Made by a program: the position numbers and the translations under genes | In this document: positions 1-7,529 of the stretch, one piece after another | Layout of the letters: each line of letters starts with the position of its first letter | How positions within the stretch are numbered: the first letter of the stretch is position 1 | The notes under the pieces: model-generated | The model's input: the letters and a program-made list of their open reading frames with translations, nothing else | Databases searched by the model: none | Told to the model about the DNA's origin: nothing | Virus record (IMG/VR): IMGVR_UViG_3300045944_000167 | Coordinates: 1-56,556 of that record | Source of the DNA: a virus | Taxonomy: Duplodnaviria > Caudoviricetes | Length of the DNA stretch: 56,556 nt | Reading direction: 5' to 3' (one strand)

Positions 1-66
1 GTCGGTCGCTCGATCGCAGAAACGCAATCGCCCCCCTCCCGTCGTCGAGACACGTCCCCCGGTGGA
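1..66 (-). other. Putative cos/packaging region, part (HNH-terS interval)
   Basis: Lies downstream of HNH; G-run then GACCG-like motif on minus strand as at 27387-27462; position typical for HK97-like cos. Confidence 0.5.
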
Positions 67-354
67 TTATCGCCATGACTTCGGCAGTCCGTCGAGCGCG
101 ATCTCCGGGCGCTCGATCTGACGTCCACCCTTCTCGGCATGGCGCTTGTTGTCGCAGGAAGCGCAGAGTGTGCGCAGGTTGGAGAGCATGAGCGCCAGGT
201 CGGGACGTTCGCGCCGATCGATGATGTGATCGACTCGTGCGCTGCCCTTGAGCCGCACGCTCCTCTCGCACACGGTGCAGTGCCAGTGATCGCGCTTCAG
301 GCACAGGTAGCGCAGCTCGCGCCATGCGTTCGAGTGGTAGAAGGGATCGGTCAT
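67..354 (-). CDS. Terminase-associated HNH endonuclease (HK97 gp74-like)
   Basis: FYHSNAWR..RD..C..C..VDHI..NLRTLCASCDN motifs; start MTDPFY; adjacent to cos/terS. Confidence 0.9.
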   Translation of the reverse strand: MTDPFYHSNAWRELRYLCLKRDHWHCTVCERSVRLKGSARVDHIIDRRERPDLALMLSNLRTLCASCDNKRHAEKGGRQIERPEIALDGLPKSWR

Positions 355-488
355 GCGCGTCCTTCCCACACGTCGTCGAGAAACTTGAAGTCGGCATCGA
401 CGGGGCAAGCGCCGGTATGCCACCAGCGCCACAGGCACCATGACAGCCACAGGTAGCGCAGGTGGCGGATGAGCGGCCAGCGTTTCAT
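351..488 (-). CDS. 45-aa Trp/Arg-rich peptide (not in ORF track)
   Basis: MKRWPLIRHLRYLWLSWCLWRWW...LDDVWEGRA; ATGA overlaps at both ends; homolog at 28544-28684. Confidence 0.7.
   Translation of the reverse strand: MKRWPLIRHLRYLWLSWCLWRWWHTGACPVDADFKFLDDVWEGRA
465..487 (+). repeat. Imperfect 23-bp direct repeat, copy 1
   Basis: gcggatgagcggccagcgtttca vs gcggatgccgggccagcgtttca at 775-797. Confidence 0.75.
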
Positions 489-763
489 GCGTCTTTCGTA
501 TCGCCAGTAGTTGCGTAGTGCGTCAACCGCGATAGCGCCTGCGTTGCTGCGTCAATGTGCTGTGACAAGGCAAGATTCAGAGGGTCATCTTCATCAAACA
601 CGGCCAGTTGTGCATCAATGGCGTTGCGTAGATTGACGAGCGCCAAGCGTAGAGCATCGACTATTTCGCAGGGAACGGCCGGCGGCACGTAATCCGGCCA
701 TGTGCCGTTGCGGCCTCTCTGATAGCCCTTCGAATATCCGCGCTGATAGTCTGTTGCTGCCAT
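485..763 (-). CDS. Hypothetical accessory protein (92 aa)
   Basis: AGGAGG RBS, DYQRGYSKGYQRG motif, AT-richer than flanks, absent from other unit. Confidence 0.7.
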   Translation of the reverse strand: MAATDYQRGYSKGYQRGRNGTWPDYVPPAVPCEIVDALRLALVNLRNAIDAQLAVFDEDDPLNLALSQHIDAATQALSRLTHYATTGDTKDA

Positions 764-774
764 CACCACCTCCT

Positions 775-797
775 GCGGATGCCGGGCCAGCGTTTCA
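775..797 (+). repeat. Imperfect 23-bp direct repeat, copy 2
   Basis: Matches 465-487. Confidence 0.75.
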
Positions 798-803
798 CGT
801 GGA

Positions 804-908
804 TCACGCGAGCACCCACGCCAGGACGAAGGCGAGCACGAGCACCACGACGGCGAGCAGCAGCAGGTAGATCCACACCGTGTTGTCCTCGTCGTCGAGC
901 CGGCTCAT
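804..908 (-). CDS. 34-aa single-transmembrane peptide (not in ORF track)
   Basis: MSRLDDEDNTVWIYLLLLAVVVLVLAFVLAWVLA; ATGA coupling; near-identical homolog at 28690-28794. Confidence 0.75.
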   Translation of the reverse strand: MSRLDDEDNTVWIYLLLLAVVVLVLAFVLAWVLA

Positions 909-1243
909 TCCCCGCGCTCCATCTCGCGGAGCTCCCGCATCTGCGCCGGCTTCATGCGCACGGCGAAGCAGCGCTCGCAGGTGCAGCGCGTGCCGTGGCC
1001 GGCGATGACTTCGACGCCGTGCTCGGCGGGACGATGAAAGCGCTGGCGCTTCGCCTGCCTGAGGATCTGCCTGAGCTCGGCCATGCGCTTCGCGCGCACG
1101 GCAAGCGGCGGCAAGGGCGCCTCAACCGGTGCCGGCGTCGGTGGCCTGGACTGCGGCACGGCGGGCTTCGTCGGCCGCGTCCAGCCGCAGTCGCTGCAAT
1201 ATCTCGCACGCTCGATCGCGGCGTGACAGCGCGGACATCGCAT
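905..1243 (-). CDS. Zinc-ribbon protein
   Basis: CPRC..CSDCGW N-terminus shared with 28791-29084; extra CTCERC at C-terminus. Confidence 0.7.
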   Translation of the reverse strand: MRCPRCHAAIERARYCSDCGWTRPTKPAVPQSRPPTPAPVEAPLPPLAVRAKRMAELRQILRQAKRQRFHRPAEHGVEVIAGHGTRCTCERCFAVRMKPAQMRELREMERGE

Positions 1244-1248
1244 GCTCG

Positions 1249-1818
1249 TCAGTCCCACAGATTTATCTGGCGCCAACCATTCGGTTGGACCTCTCCACGA
1301 TGCAGTTCATTGCTAATCCGTGCGCCTTCCTGTTCATCTAGCCAAGTGGCAAGCGGCTTGCGTCCTTTCGTCCCGTTGCACGATTGGCACAACAAAACCA
1401 AATTGCGCGCATGCTGCCGCGCCCAATCGTCAGGACTTCGCGGTGCTTCTAGATGGTCGGTTTGAATATCTCTTTCACCTTGATACGCATGCCCGCACGA
1501 CCGACACGTCGCCTCGCCGCTGAGCGCAGCGCGGAAATACGGAACCAGGCCTTGGTAATTCATGTTTATCCAAATGAAGTCAAACGGCACTTTGAGTTCA
1601 GCCGCTTTGCGTGCCGCCCGCGCTCTCACAATCGCCAGCGGACGGTCCTCGTTCTTTTTCTCGTTCCTCTCGATCTGCTCGCAGTCGCGGCACTTCGCGC
1701 TAAACGTGTGCAACGCATCGGTTGCACCCATTTTTTTCCCAATGCGAAAGCGCGAATGATGTTTCCATTGCAGACACTTCTGACATTGCCGCTCGCATGG
1801 CCTCTTATCGCCTTTCAT
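1249..1818 (-). CDS. HNH endonuclease (accessory)
   Basis: CRSC..DHLEAP..NLVLLCQSCNGTKG; only in this unit. Confidence 0.8.
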   Translation of the reverse strand: MKGDKRPCERQCQKCLQWKHHSRFRIGKKMGATDALHTFSAKCRDCEQIERNEKKNEDRPLAIVRARAARKAAELKVPFDFIWINMNYQGLVPYFRAALSGEATCRSCGHAYQGERDIQTDHLEAPRSPDDWARQHARNLVLLCQSCNGTKGRKPLATWLDEQEGARISNELHRGEVQPNGWRQINLWD

Positions 1819-1822
1819 GTCC

Positions 1823-2431
1823 TCACCTTTTTTTTCGCCGTTTCCCTGCCTTGATTGCTCTGGCGAGCTCGATATCGCCGCTTGCCAAGGCGATCGCCAG
1901 TCGACGGTTTCTCTCGACGTGGTCCTGGTTTTGGTCTTCAGGAATGTTTTTTAAAACGGTTTTGACGTTGCGCTTGTCCCGTGTAGGAGAGATAGATAAA
2001 CCAAGGTCAACTTCACTTCTCTTCTCTTCACTTCTCTTCACTTCTGCTGTGCGCACCTGACTGTAGACAGGTGAATTATTTGTAACCTCTTGTTTGTGCT
2101 CGATTGTCCATGGCGAAATCGGGAAAACTCGCTTGAAATAGCGTGCTCGCTGCCCGAATCTCGGAATGTGTAGATAAGCCTTCCCATCGACCTCGTAGAG
2201 CCGCACCAGGTCGGCGTCTGCCAGCTCCGTCAGCGTCTTGCAGGCATGCGGTTCGTTGTTGATCCCGAAGTCGCGCCACAGGCGCATCAGGCGGAACGCA
2301 TCGGCGCTGAAATTCCCGTAGGAGTCGGCCTTGAGCAGGAGCGCAATGAAGGCGAGCCGGTCGGCGTTGTCCTTCAGGCGCAGCCAGCGCTCGGACTCCA
2401 AGATCTCGTCGCGTATCAGGCGATCTGGCAC
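1823..2431 (-). CDS. Putative replication initiator / replisome organiser
   Basis: MPDRLIRDEILES N-terminal domain, EVKRSEEKRS linker, position in early operon; homolog 29081-29773. Confidence 0.65.
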   Translation of the reverse strand: MPDRLIRDEILESERWLRLKDNADRLAFIALLLKADSYGNFSADAFRLMRLWRDFGINNEPHACKTLTELADADLVRLYEVDGKAYLHIPRFGQRARYFKRVFPISPWTIEHKQEVTNNSPVYSQVRTAEVKRSEEKRSEVDLGLSISPTRDKRNVKTVLKNIPEDQNQDHVERNRRLAIALASGDIELARAIKAGKRRKKR

Positions 2432-2827
2432 TCACCGGCCCTCCACGATCGCGACCGCCTCCGCGATCGACCGCGCGACCCCTGATACACCGTTATTCGC
2501 CCGGACCTTGGCGAGCATGAATTCCTGCTCGTCCGTGAGGCGCCCCTTCGAGCTCTTCACCTCGATCGCCAGCAGGCGTCCATCGCACATCTGGCCCAGG
2601 ATGTCCGGGCAGCCTGGGAACCCGAAGCGCACGTATCGCCCGTCGGGCATCCGGTAGGCGCCGCTATTCATCCGCGCGACCCAGGAGACCTCCGGGTGCA
2701 GGCGCAGGACCTTGATGACGGCGTTCAGCACGCCCTGCTCAGGGTGCTGGTTCCGGCGCCGCGGGCCGGGCGTGGCCCCTCCGCCGAACAGGTGCGCCTG
2801 CCACGCCTGGCGGGTTGCGAGGCTCAT
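2432..2827 (-). CDS. VRR-NUC domain nuclease
   Basis: GFPGCPDI..LAIEVKS..GRLTDEQ..F PD-(D/E)xK motif. Confidence 0.85.
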   Translation of the reverse strand: MSLATRQAWQAHLFGGGATPGPRRRNQHPEQGVLNAVIKVLRLHPEVSWVARMNSGAYRMPDGRYVRFGFPGCPDILGQMCDGRLLAIEVKSSKGRLTDEQEFMLAKVRANNGVSGVARSIAEAVAIVEGR

Positions 2828-2834
2828 GGCTGTG

Positions 2835-2876
2835 GGTTTAGAGTGCTTGACATGGCGAAGTCTAGCTATCTAAACT
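2835..2876 (+). promoter_or_regulatory. Sigma70-like promoter overlapped by two operator-like sites
   Basis: TTGACA-18-TAAACT; GGTTTAG-N4-CTTGACA and AGTCTAG-N4-CTAAACT match the repeats at 3572-3612 and 4020-4060. Confidence 0.7.
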
Positions 2877-3029
2877 TCGCCGATATGACAACATCAGAGA
2901 ATGAAGAAATCCCGGCCCTTGCGAGCCGGGAAAAGCGCTTCCCTGGGGATGAGCGGGAGGGAAGCGTTCTTGAAATGTCGATTGCACCGTGCAGTACCCT
3001 CGACGTTTTGAATAAAAACCGGAGGTCTA

Positions 3030-3386
3030 ATGCAGCGAACCTTTCGCGCGCGGCTGCGCACCGCCTCCGCAGCCGCCGACATCGTGTGGGAAGAGTTACC
3101 CGTACGCGCCCGGATCGGGCGCGACCGCTTCGAGCATGTCCTCAACCGTCCGGGCGTTCTGCTGGCGGACGAATTGCTGGCGTTGAGCAAGGCCACCGGC
3201 GCCAGCATGGAATGGCTGCGGGCCGGGCGCGGACCGATGCGGGCGCCCAGCCGCAGCAAGCAAGCCACGCAGGCGCTCAACATTCTCGGAGTGATGCCCC
3301 CCGCCCGCGCCAAGAACTGGCTCCGAATCGGTTGGTTCATGTCGGTGGCGACGGAGGCCCGCTATCGGGGACTCTTCAGGGCGTGA
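3030..3386 (+). CDS. CI/XRE-like HTH protein
   Basis: GGAGG RBS; TFRARLR..LSKATGASMEWLRAGRGPM typical of XRE repressor N-domains. Confidence 0.65.
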   Translation: MQRTFRARLRTASAAADIVWEELPVRARIGRDRFEHVLNRPGVLLADELLALSKATGASMEWLRAGRGPMRAPSRSKQATQALNILGVMPPARAKNWLRIGWFMSVATEARYRGLFRA

Positions 3387-3564
3387 GATCGCGTATGCCG
3401 TGCTTGCGGCACGCGACCGGGAAGCGCAGCTCCAGGAATTTCACCCAGGAGCGCGGGATATGATTGTCCGTAACCCACTGCGAAATGCGGCCCTTGCTAA
3501 GGCCGGTCACGGAGATCAGGACGCGGCGGCCTCCCACGGCCTGGGTGAAGGCTTGCACGTTCAT
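3376..3564 (-). CDS. cro: Cro-like protein
   Basis: 62 aa, GG..L...TGLSKGRISQW..IP; divergent from CI. Confidence 0.8.
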   Translation of the reverse strand: MNVQAFTQAVGGRRVLISVTGLSKGRISQWVTDNHIPRSWVKFLELRFPVACRKHGIRDLTP

Positions 3565-3571
3565 GCCGCGA

Positions 3572-3612
3572 AGTTTAGGACGCTAAAGAAGGTGCGTCAA
3601 GCATCCTCTACC
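3572..3612 (-). promoter_or_regulatory. pR-like promoter with operators
   Basis: TTGACG-17-TAAACT 7 nt before cro ATG; AGTTTAG-N4-CTAAAGA palindrome. Confidence 0.75.
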
Positions 3613-3636
3613 GCTTCCAAGCTACGGTCCAAGCCT

Positions 3637-3949
3637 ATGAGTACTCTTGGACAGCGCATCAACGAAATGCTGACCGAGCAGAAACTGAAATCGACCCAGC
3701 TCGCCGACATCGCCGGGTGCAGCAAGGGCCTCGTCACGCAATGGCGTGACGGCACGGCGAAGTCGATCAGCCCCATCCACGCCGAGAACATCGAGAAACA
3801 TACCGGCTATAGGAAGAGAATGGATCATGTGGGGCCGCATGCCCAAACGCCTTGACCCGACGATACGCCGCGTCTACGCCGCCATGATGAGCATGACCCA
3901 GGAAGAGCGCGAGCGCCTCGCGCGCATCGCGGAAACTTTCAAGGGGTAA
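3637..3949 (+). pseudogene. cI: CI-like repressor with +1 frameshift near 3811-3820
   Basis: MSTLGQRI..QLADIAGCSKGLVTQW HTH continues as EWIMWGRMPK in another frame; span is 313 nt (3n+1). Confidence 0.75.
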
Positions 3950-3988
3950 ACCCTAGCGGCTTCACTGGAAGAGGTTGAACCGCGCGCG

Positions 3989-4010
3989 CCCCGCTCCGGC
4001 GGGGTTTTTT
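3989..4010 (+). terminator. Rho-independent terminator
   Basis: CCCCGC-TCCG-GCGGGG followed by T6. Confidence 0.85.
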
Positions 4011-4019
4011 CGCTTGTGT

Positions 4020-4060
4020 AGTTTAGGACTCTGGACAGCAGGATTCTAGGAGTCTAAACT
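4020..4060 (+). promoter_or_regulatory. pL-like promoter with two operators
   Basis: TGGACA-17-TAAACT; AGTTTAG-N4-CTGGACA and ATTCTAG-N4-CTAAACT. Confidence 0.75.
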
Positions 4061-4128
4061 ACGCCTACGCCTATATGACGCGGACTTTAACCACTCCTTA
4101 AGAACCCGTGACCGAGGAGTTCCCCACC

Positions 4129-4377
4129 ATGCACCGCAACCGCAGCCTGGCGATGAAGCTTCGCAACCAGCAGAGGAGGAGAACGATGATCGAGACCCCG
4201 CGCACCGACAACTTCATAAACCTGCTGCCGACGATCCATCTGCCGTCGAGCCTGCCGAACGAGGACGTGCTCCGCGTCTGCGAGGACATCCGCTCTCTGA
4301 TGCTCCACTGGTCCGAGTTCGCCCGCGGTCTCGAGCGCGAGCTGATGATGTCCACGCCGAAGGAGTGGCGCGAGTGA
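4129..4377 (+). CDS. Conserved hypothetical early protein
   Basis: TPRTD..FARxLEREL motif; homolog 31996-32247; alternative start at 4186. Confidence 0.75.
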   Translation: MHRNRSLAMKLRNQQRRRTMIETPRTDNFINLLPTIHLPSSLPNEDVLRVCEDIRSLMLHWSEFARGLERELMMSTPKEWRE

Positions 4378-5291
4378 GCCTCCCCAGCAAGCAGGACGGC
4401 GGCGCCGTGCTCGAGCAGGTCCTGATCCAGGGCGACCTGTCGAAGCTCAAGCCGGAAGAGCGCGTCATGTATTACAAGCGGGTGTGCGAATCGCAGGGCT
4501 TGAACCCGCTGACGAAGCCGTTCGAGTACATCGTCCTGAACGGGAAGCTGCGCCTCTACGCCCTGCGTGACTGCACCGACCAGTTGCGCAGGCTTCATGG
4601 GGTGTCGATCAGCATCCGGTCGCGCGAGCTCGTCGAAGGCTGCTACGTGGTGACGGCGACGGCGACCGACAAGGACGGCCGGCACGACGAGGCGATCGGC
4701 GCCGTGCCGCTCGAAGGGCTGAAGGGCGAGGCGCGCAGCAATGCCTTGATGAAGTGCGAGACCAAGGCCAAGCGGCGCGTCACGCTCTCGATCTGCGGGA
4801 TGGGGTGGCTCGACGAGTCTGAAGTTGACTCGATCCCCGGTGCCGAGACGGGGCTGCCCTCAGCCCCGATTACTCCAACGACCGGCGCGCTCGAGGCGTT
4901 GAGCGCCGAGCGCCAGGAGGTCGTCATGGCGACGGCCGCGGGGGTGCGCCAGTGCATGGCGGAAGACCGGCCGATGGACGCCTACGGGCTCTGCGAAGCT
5001 TCCGGCTTTGACAATGACGAGAAGGTCGCGCTATGGACGCTCCTCGATTCCAAGACACGCGCGGCGTTGAAGCGCATGGCCCAGGCGGAGCGGGCAGCCG
5101 AGCGCGGCGTCATCAGCGAGCCGCAGAAGAAACGACTGGAAGCGTTCATCAGGGAGCACAAGCTCGACCGCGAGCACGTGAAGGACTACTGCTTGAAAGC
5201 CTACGGCAAAGAACATTTTTCGGAGCTCACGCCGGCCGAATACACCGACCTCGAGGCGACCTTGAAGGCCATGAAGGAAGATCAGGCATGA
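4374..5291 (+). CDS. Single-strand annealing recombinase (RecT/Bet-like)
   Basis: GDLSKL..YY..VC..GLNPLTKPFEY..NALMKCETKAKRR; position upstream of xis/int. Confidence 0.7.
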   Translation: MSLPSKQDGGAVLEQVLIQGDLSKLKPEERVMYYKRVCESQGLNPLTKPFEYIVLNGKLRLYALRDCTDQLRRLHGVSISIRSRELVEGCYVVTATATDKDGRHDEAIGAVPLEGLKGEARSNALMKCETKAKRRVTLSICGMGWLDESEVDSIPGAETGLPSAPITPTTGALEALSAERQEVVMATAAGVRQCMAEDRPMDAYGLCEASGFDNDEKVALWTLLDSKTRAALKRMAQAERAAERGVISEPQKKRLEAFIREHKLDREHVKDYCLKAYGKEHFSELTPAEYTDLEATLKAMKEDQA

Positions 5292-5515
5292 CAGAGGACG
5301 AGGACCGCGAAGAGATCATGCGGCGCGCACTCGCTGTCTCCCAACAGATCGAGGTGCTGCTGCACGGGCAGGGACCGCACGTTCAGGGCGCGGTGCTCGC
5401 GCAACTGACGGCCATGTGGGTCTGCGGCTTCCACCCGAAGGAAGCGCGCCGGCAGATTTTCGAGGACCACTGCTCGAGCATGCGCGTGATGATCGAGATG
5501 GACAGGGACCACTGA
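5288..5515 (+). CDS. Hypothetical protein (75 aa)
   Basis: ATGA overlap with recombinase stop; only in this unit. Confidence 0.65.
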   Translation: MTEDEDREEIMRRALAVSQQIEVLLHGQGPHVQGAVLAQLTAMWVCGFHPKEARRQIFEDHCSSMRVMIEMDRDH

Positions 5516-5526
5516 CGGTAACGCAC

Positions 5527-5766
5527 ATGCTCTACCTCACGCCGGACGAAGTCTGCGAACTGACCGATCGCCGCACGGCGCCGGCGCAGGCGAAGCGGCT
5601 GCAGGCGATGGGCATCCGGTTCATCTACAGGAAGGGCGGGAAGGTTAAGGTCGCCGCGAACGATGTGCCGAACCTGCGCCCGAACGACGCCAGCCACGAC
5701 GAGGACGCAGAGCCCGATTTTTCGATGTTCGAACGGCGGGATAGACTGAAGGGCAGGGAGGATTAG
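5527..5766 (+). CDS. Putative excisionase (DUF4224-like)
   Basis: YLTPDEVCELT..AQAKRL..MGIRF..EPDFS immediately upstream of integrase. Confidence 0.75.
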   Translation: MLYLTPDEVCELTDRRTAPAQAKRLQAMGIRFIYRKGGKVKVAANDVPNLRPNDASHDEDAEPDFSMFERRDRLKGRED

Positions 5767-5771
5767 ACAAC

Positions 5772-6821
5772 ATGGCACGCAGGCGCAAGCCCGAGCACGC
5801 CCATTTGCCGCAGGGCGTGTATGAGCATCGCGGCATTTATTTCTGGCGCAATCCGGCTAACAACGAGTGGACCCGGCTCGGCAAGACCTGGGACCGCGAT
5901 GCCCGCGCGAAGTGGGTCGAGCTCTCCACCGGGAAGGCTACCGCCGAGGGAACCGTGGGCGAGATGCTCGACTCCTTCCTCGTCTACTGCGAGGGCGAGG
6001 TGCGCGCCGGACGGCGCAGCATGGAGACCCACAAGTCCAACCTGGGCGAGGCCGAGATGCTCAAGGCCACATTCGGGCGCATGAAATACGGGCTCGTCAA
6101 CTCCAAGCACGCCGCCCGCTACCTCAGGAAGCGCACCGACAAGCAGGGCGTGCCCGCGCCCGTGCGCGCGAACCGGGAGATCGCTCTCCTCTCCTCGGCT
6201 TACAGTTGGGCTATGGGAGATGACCGCTACGATGTCACGGTTAACCCATGCTATGGCGTGCGCCGGAACAGGGAAAGCCCGCGCGTGCGCTACGTCAGGG
6301 CCGAGGAGTTGCGCCAGTTCGAGCGCCACGGCCCGCGGTGGCTGCGCTGCTACATCATGCTGAAGCGCCTCACCGCGATGCGCCAGGGGAACCTCCTGCG
6401 CCTGACCGACGCGAACCTGACCGCGCGCGGGATCGACTACGTCCAGAACAAGCGCGGCAAGCACCGCCTGGTGCGCTGGAGCCCGTCGCTCAAGCGCGTC
6501 GTGGACGCCATCCTGGCGCTGCGCCCGACACTCCCGGAGGGCATTGCTGCACTGCCGCGGCCGCTCTTCATGATGAGGCGGACCGAGAAGGCCTACGCCG
6601 GCCGGGCGATCACCAAACAGGCCTTCAAGAGCGAGTGGTATCGCACGATGGAGCGGCACCTGAAGGATGGCGGGGAGCGTTTCGTCGAGCACGACATCCG
6701 CGCGAAGTCCGGGTCGGACGCCGAGAGCGACGAGCGGGCCGCCGAGCTCCTCGGGGACACCGTGAAGACCGCACAAAAGCACTACCGCAGAGGGGTCTCG
6801 AAGGTGACGCCCCTGCGCTGA
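5772..6821 (+). CDS. int: Tyrosine integrase
   Basis: AMRQG, HDIRAK, LLGD..KHY catalytic motifs; followed by attP. Confidence 0.95.
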   Translation: MARRRKPEHAHLPQGVYEHRGIYFWRNPANNEWTRLGKTWDRDARAKWVELSTGKATAEGTVGEMLDSFLVYCEGEVRAGRRSMETHKSNLGEAEMLKATFGRMKYGLVNSKHAARYLRKRTDKQGVPAPVRANREIALLSSAYSWAMGDDRYDVTVNPCYGVRRNRESPRVRYVRAEELRQFERHGPRWLRCYIMLKRLTAMRQGNLLRLTDANLTARGIDYVQNKRGKHRLVRWSPSLKRVVDAILALRPTLPEGIAALPRPLFMMRRTEKAYAGRAITKQAFKSEWYRTMERHLKDGGERFVEHDIRAKSGSDAESDERAAELLGDTVKTAQKHYRRGVSKVTPLR

Positions 6822-6831
6822 TCAGGGGCTT

Positions 6832-7046
6832 TATTTTTGGCAAATCCGGTTATTTTTGGCAAATTCAAAAACGCCGCTTGTAAGTCATTGATTTTGGGGT
6901 GGCTGATGGGACTCGAACCCACAACACCTGGAATCACAATCCCGTCCGCATTTACTGATTCGCAAAGCATTTTCCAGGATTTGCCAAAAATACCGGCCAA
7001 AAAAAGGCCAGTGTTATCAAAAGCCGTTTTCTTCATTTTTGGCAGT
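6832..7046. other. attP with arm-type sites and IHF box
   Basis: TATTTTTGGCAAAT at 6832 and 6851, inverted copy 6979-6992, partial copy 7034-7046; WATCAANNNNTTR match on minus strand 6881-6893. Confidence 0.85.
6895..6942 (-). repeat. att core = 3' half of tRNA-His(GTG)
   Basis: GGATTGTGATTCCAGGTGTTGTGGGTTCGAGTCCCATCAGCCACCCCA: anticodon loop, T arm, acceptor 3' strand, CCA; no 5' half. Confidence 0.9.
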
Positions 7047-7050
7047 CATC

Positions 7051-7341
7051 ATGAGACCTACCCGCAAGCTGACCAACAGCCGCTGCCAGTGCTCCGGCTG
7101 CGGGGAATACTTCAATTCCGATACCGCCTTCGAGATGCACCGGGTCGGGCGCTTCGGCGTGCCTGCCAGTGAAGGCGGTAGGCGTTGCATGGCCCCGGAG
7201 GAGATGCGGGGAGCCGGGATGGGAACGAACTTTGACAAAAATGGCGATGGATGGTGGACAACTGAGGATTGGAACCCTGCTGTAAAAGCCCGCATGCAGG
7301 CGGCGGGTGACGCGCAGGACGCGTCGGCAGGCTCCGGGTAG
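7051..7341 (+). CDS. Small zinc-binding protein (FDxHR-type)
   Basis: CSGCGEYFNS..AFEMHR..RRC; homolog 36529-36780. Confidence 0.75.
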   Translation: MRPTRKLTNSRCQCSGCGEYFNSDTAFEMHRVGRFGVPASEGGRRCMAPEEMRGAGMGTNFDKNGDGWWTTEDWNPAVKARMQAAGDAQDASAGSG

Positions 7342-7343
7342 CC

Positions 7344-7529
7344 CTACCCCACAGGCCCCCCCGCCCGGCTCGGGCTATCCGGCGAAGCGGACGCCGCGAT
7401 CGGCACGACCTGCTGCCCCGTCAGCTTGAGCCAGAGCGGCAGCGCCTCGCCGAGCGGGCGGGTCGTCAGCACCTGGACCATGTAGGCGACATCCTGCTCG
7501 CTCATCGTGCCGTTTGGCTTGTCGCTCAT
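7344..7529 (-). CDS. Hypothetical protein downstream of tail fibre
   Basis: ATGA coupling; homolog 36783-36962. Confidence 0.7.
   Translation of the reverse strand: MSDKPNGTMSEQDVAYMVQVLTTRPLGEALPLWLKLTGQQVVPIAASASPDSPSRAGGPVG

Larger units (their letters stand above)
1..6942. mobile_element. Temperate siphophage unit Y, early arm (HNH to integrase/att)
   Basis: Syntenic with 28257-36420; joins the window end if circular. Confidence 0.8.

Noticed and set aside
2696-3463. 255-aa plus-strand ORF
   Set aside because: Overlaps VRR-NUC, the HTH gene and cro; low-complexity Arg-rich translation; the 3030 ORF has the RBS and motif
6895-6942. Functional tRNA-His gene
   Set aside because: Only anticodon loop to CCA is present; D arm and 5' acceptor strand are missing in both copies, so it is an att core
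6782-7172. ORFs spanning attP on either strand (also 36260-36584)
   Set aside because: They translate the tRNA fragment and arm repeats; conservation is explained by att function
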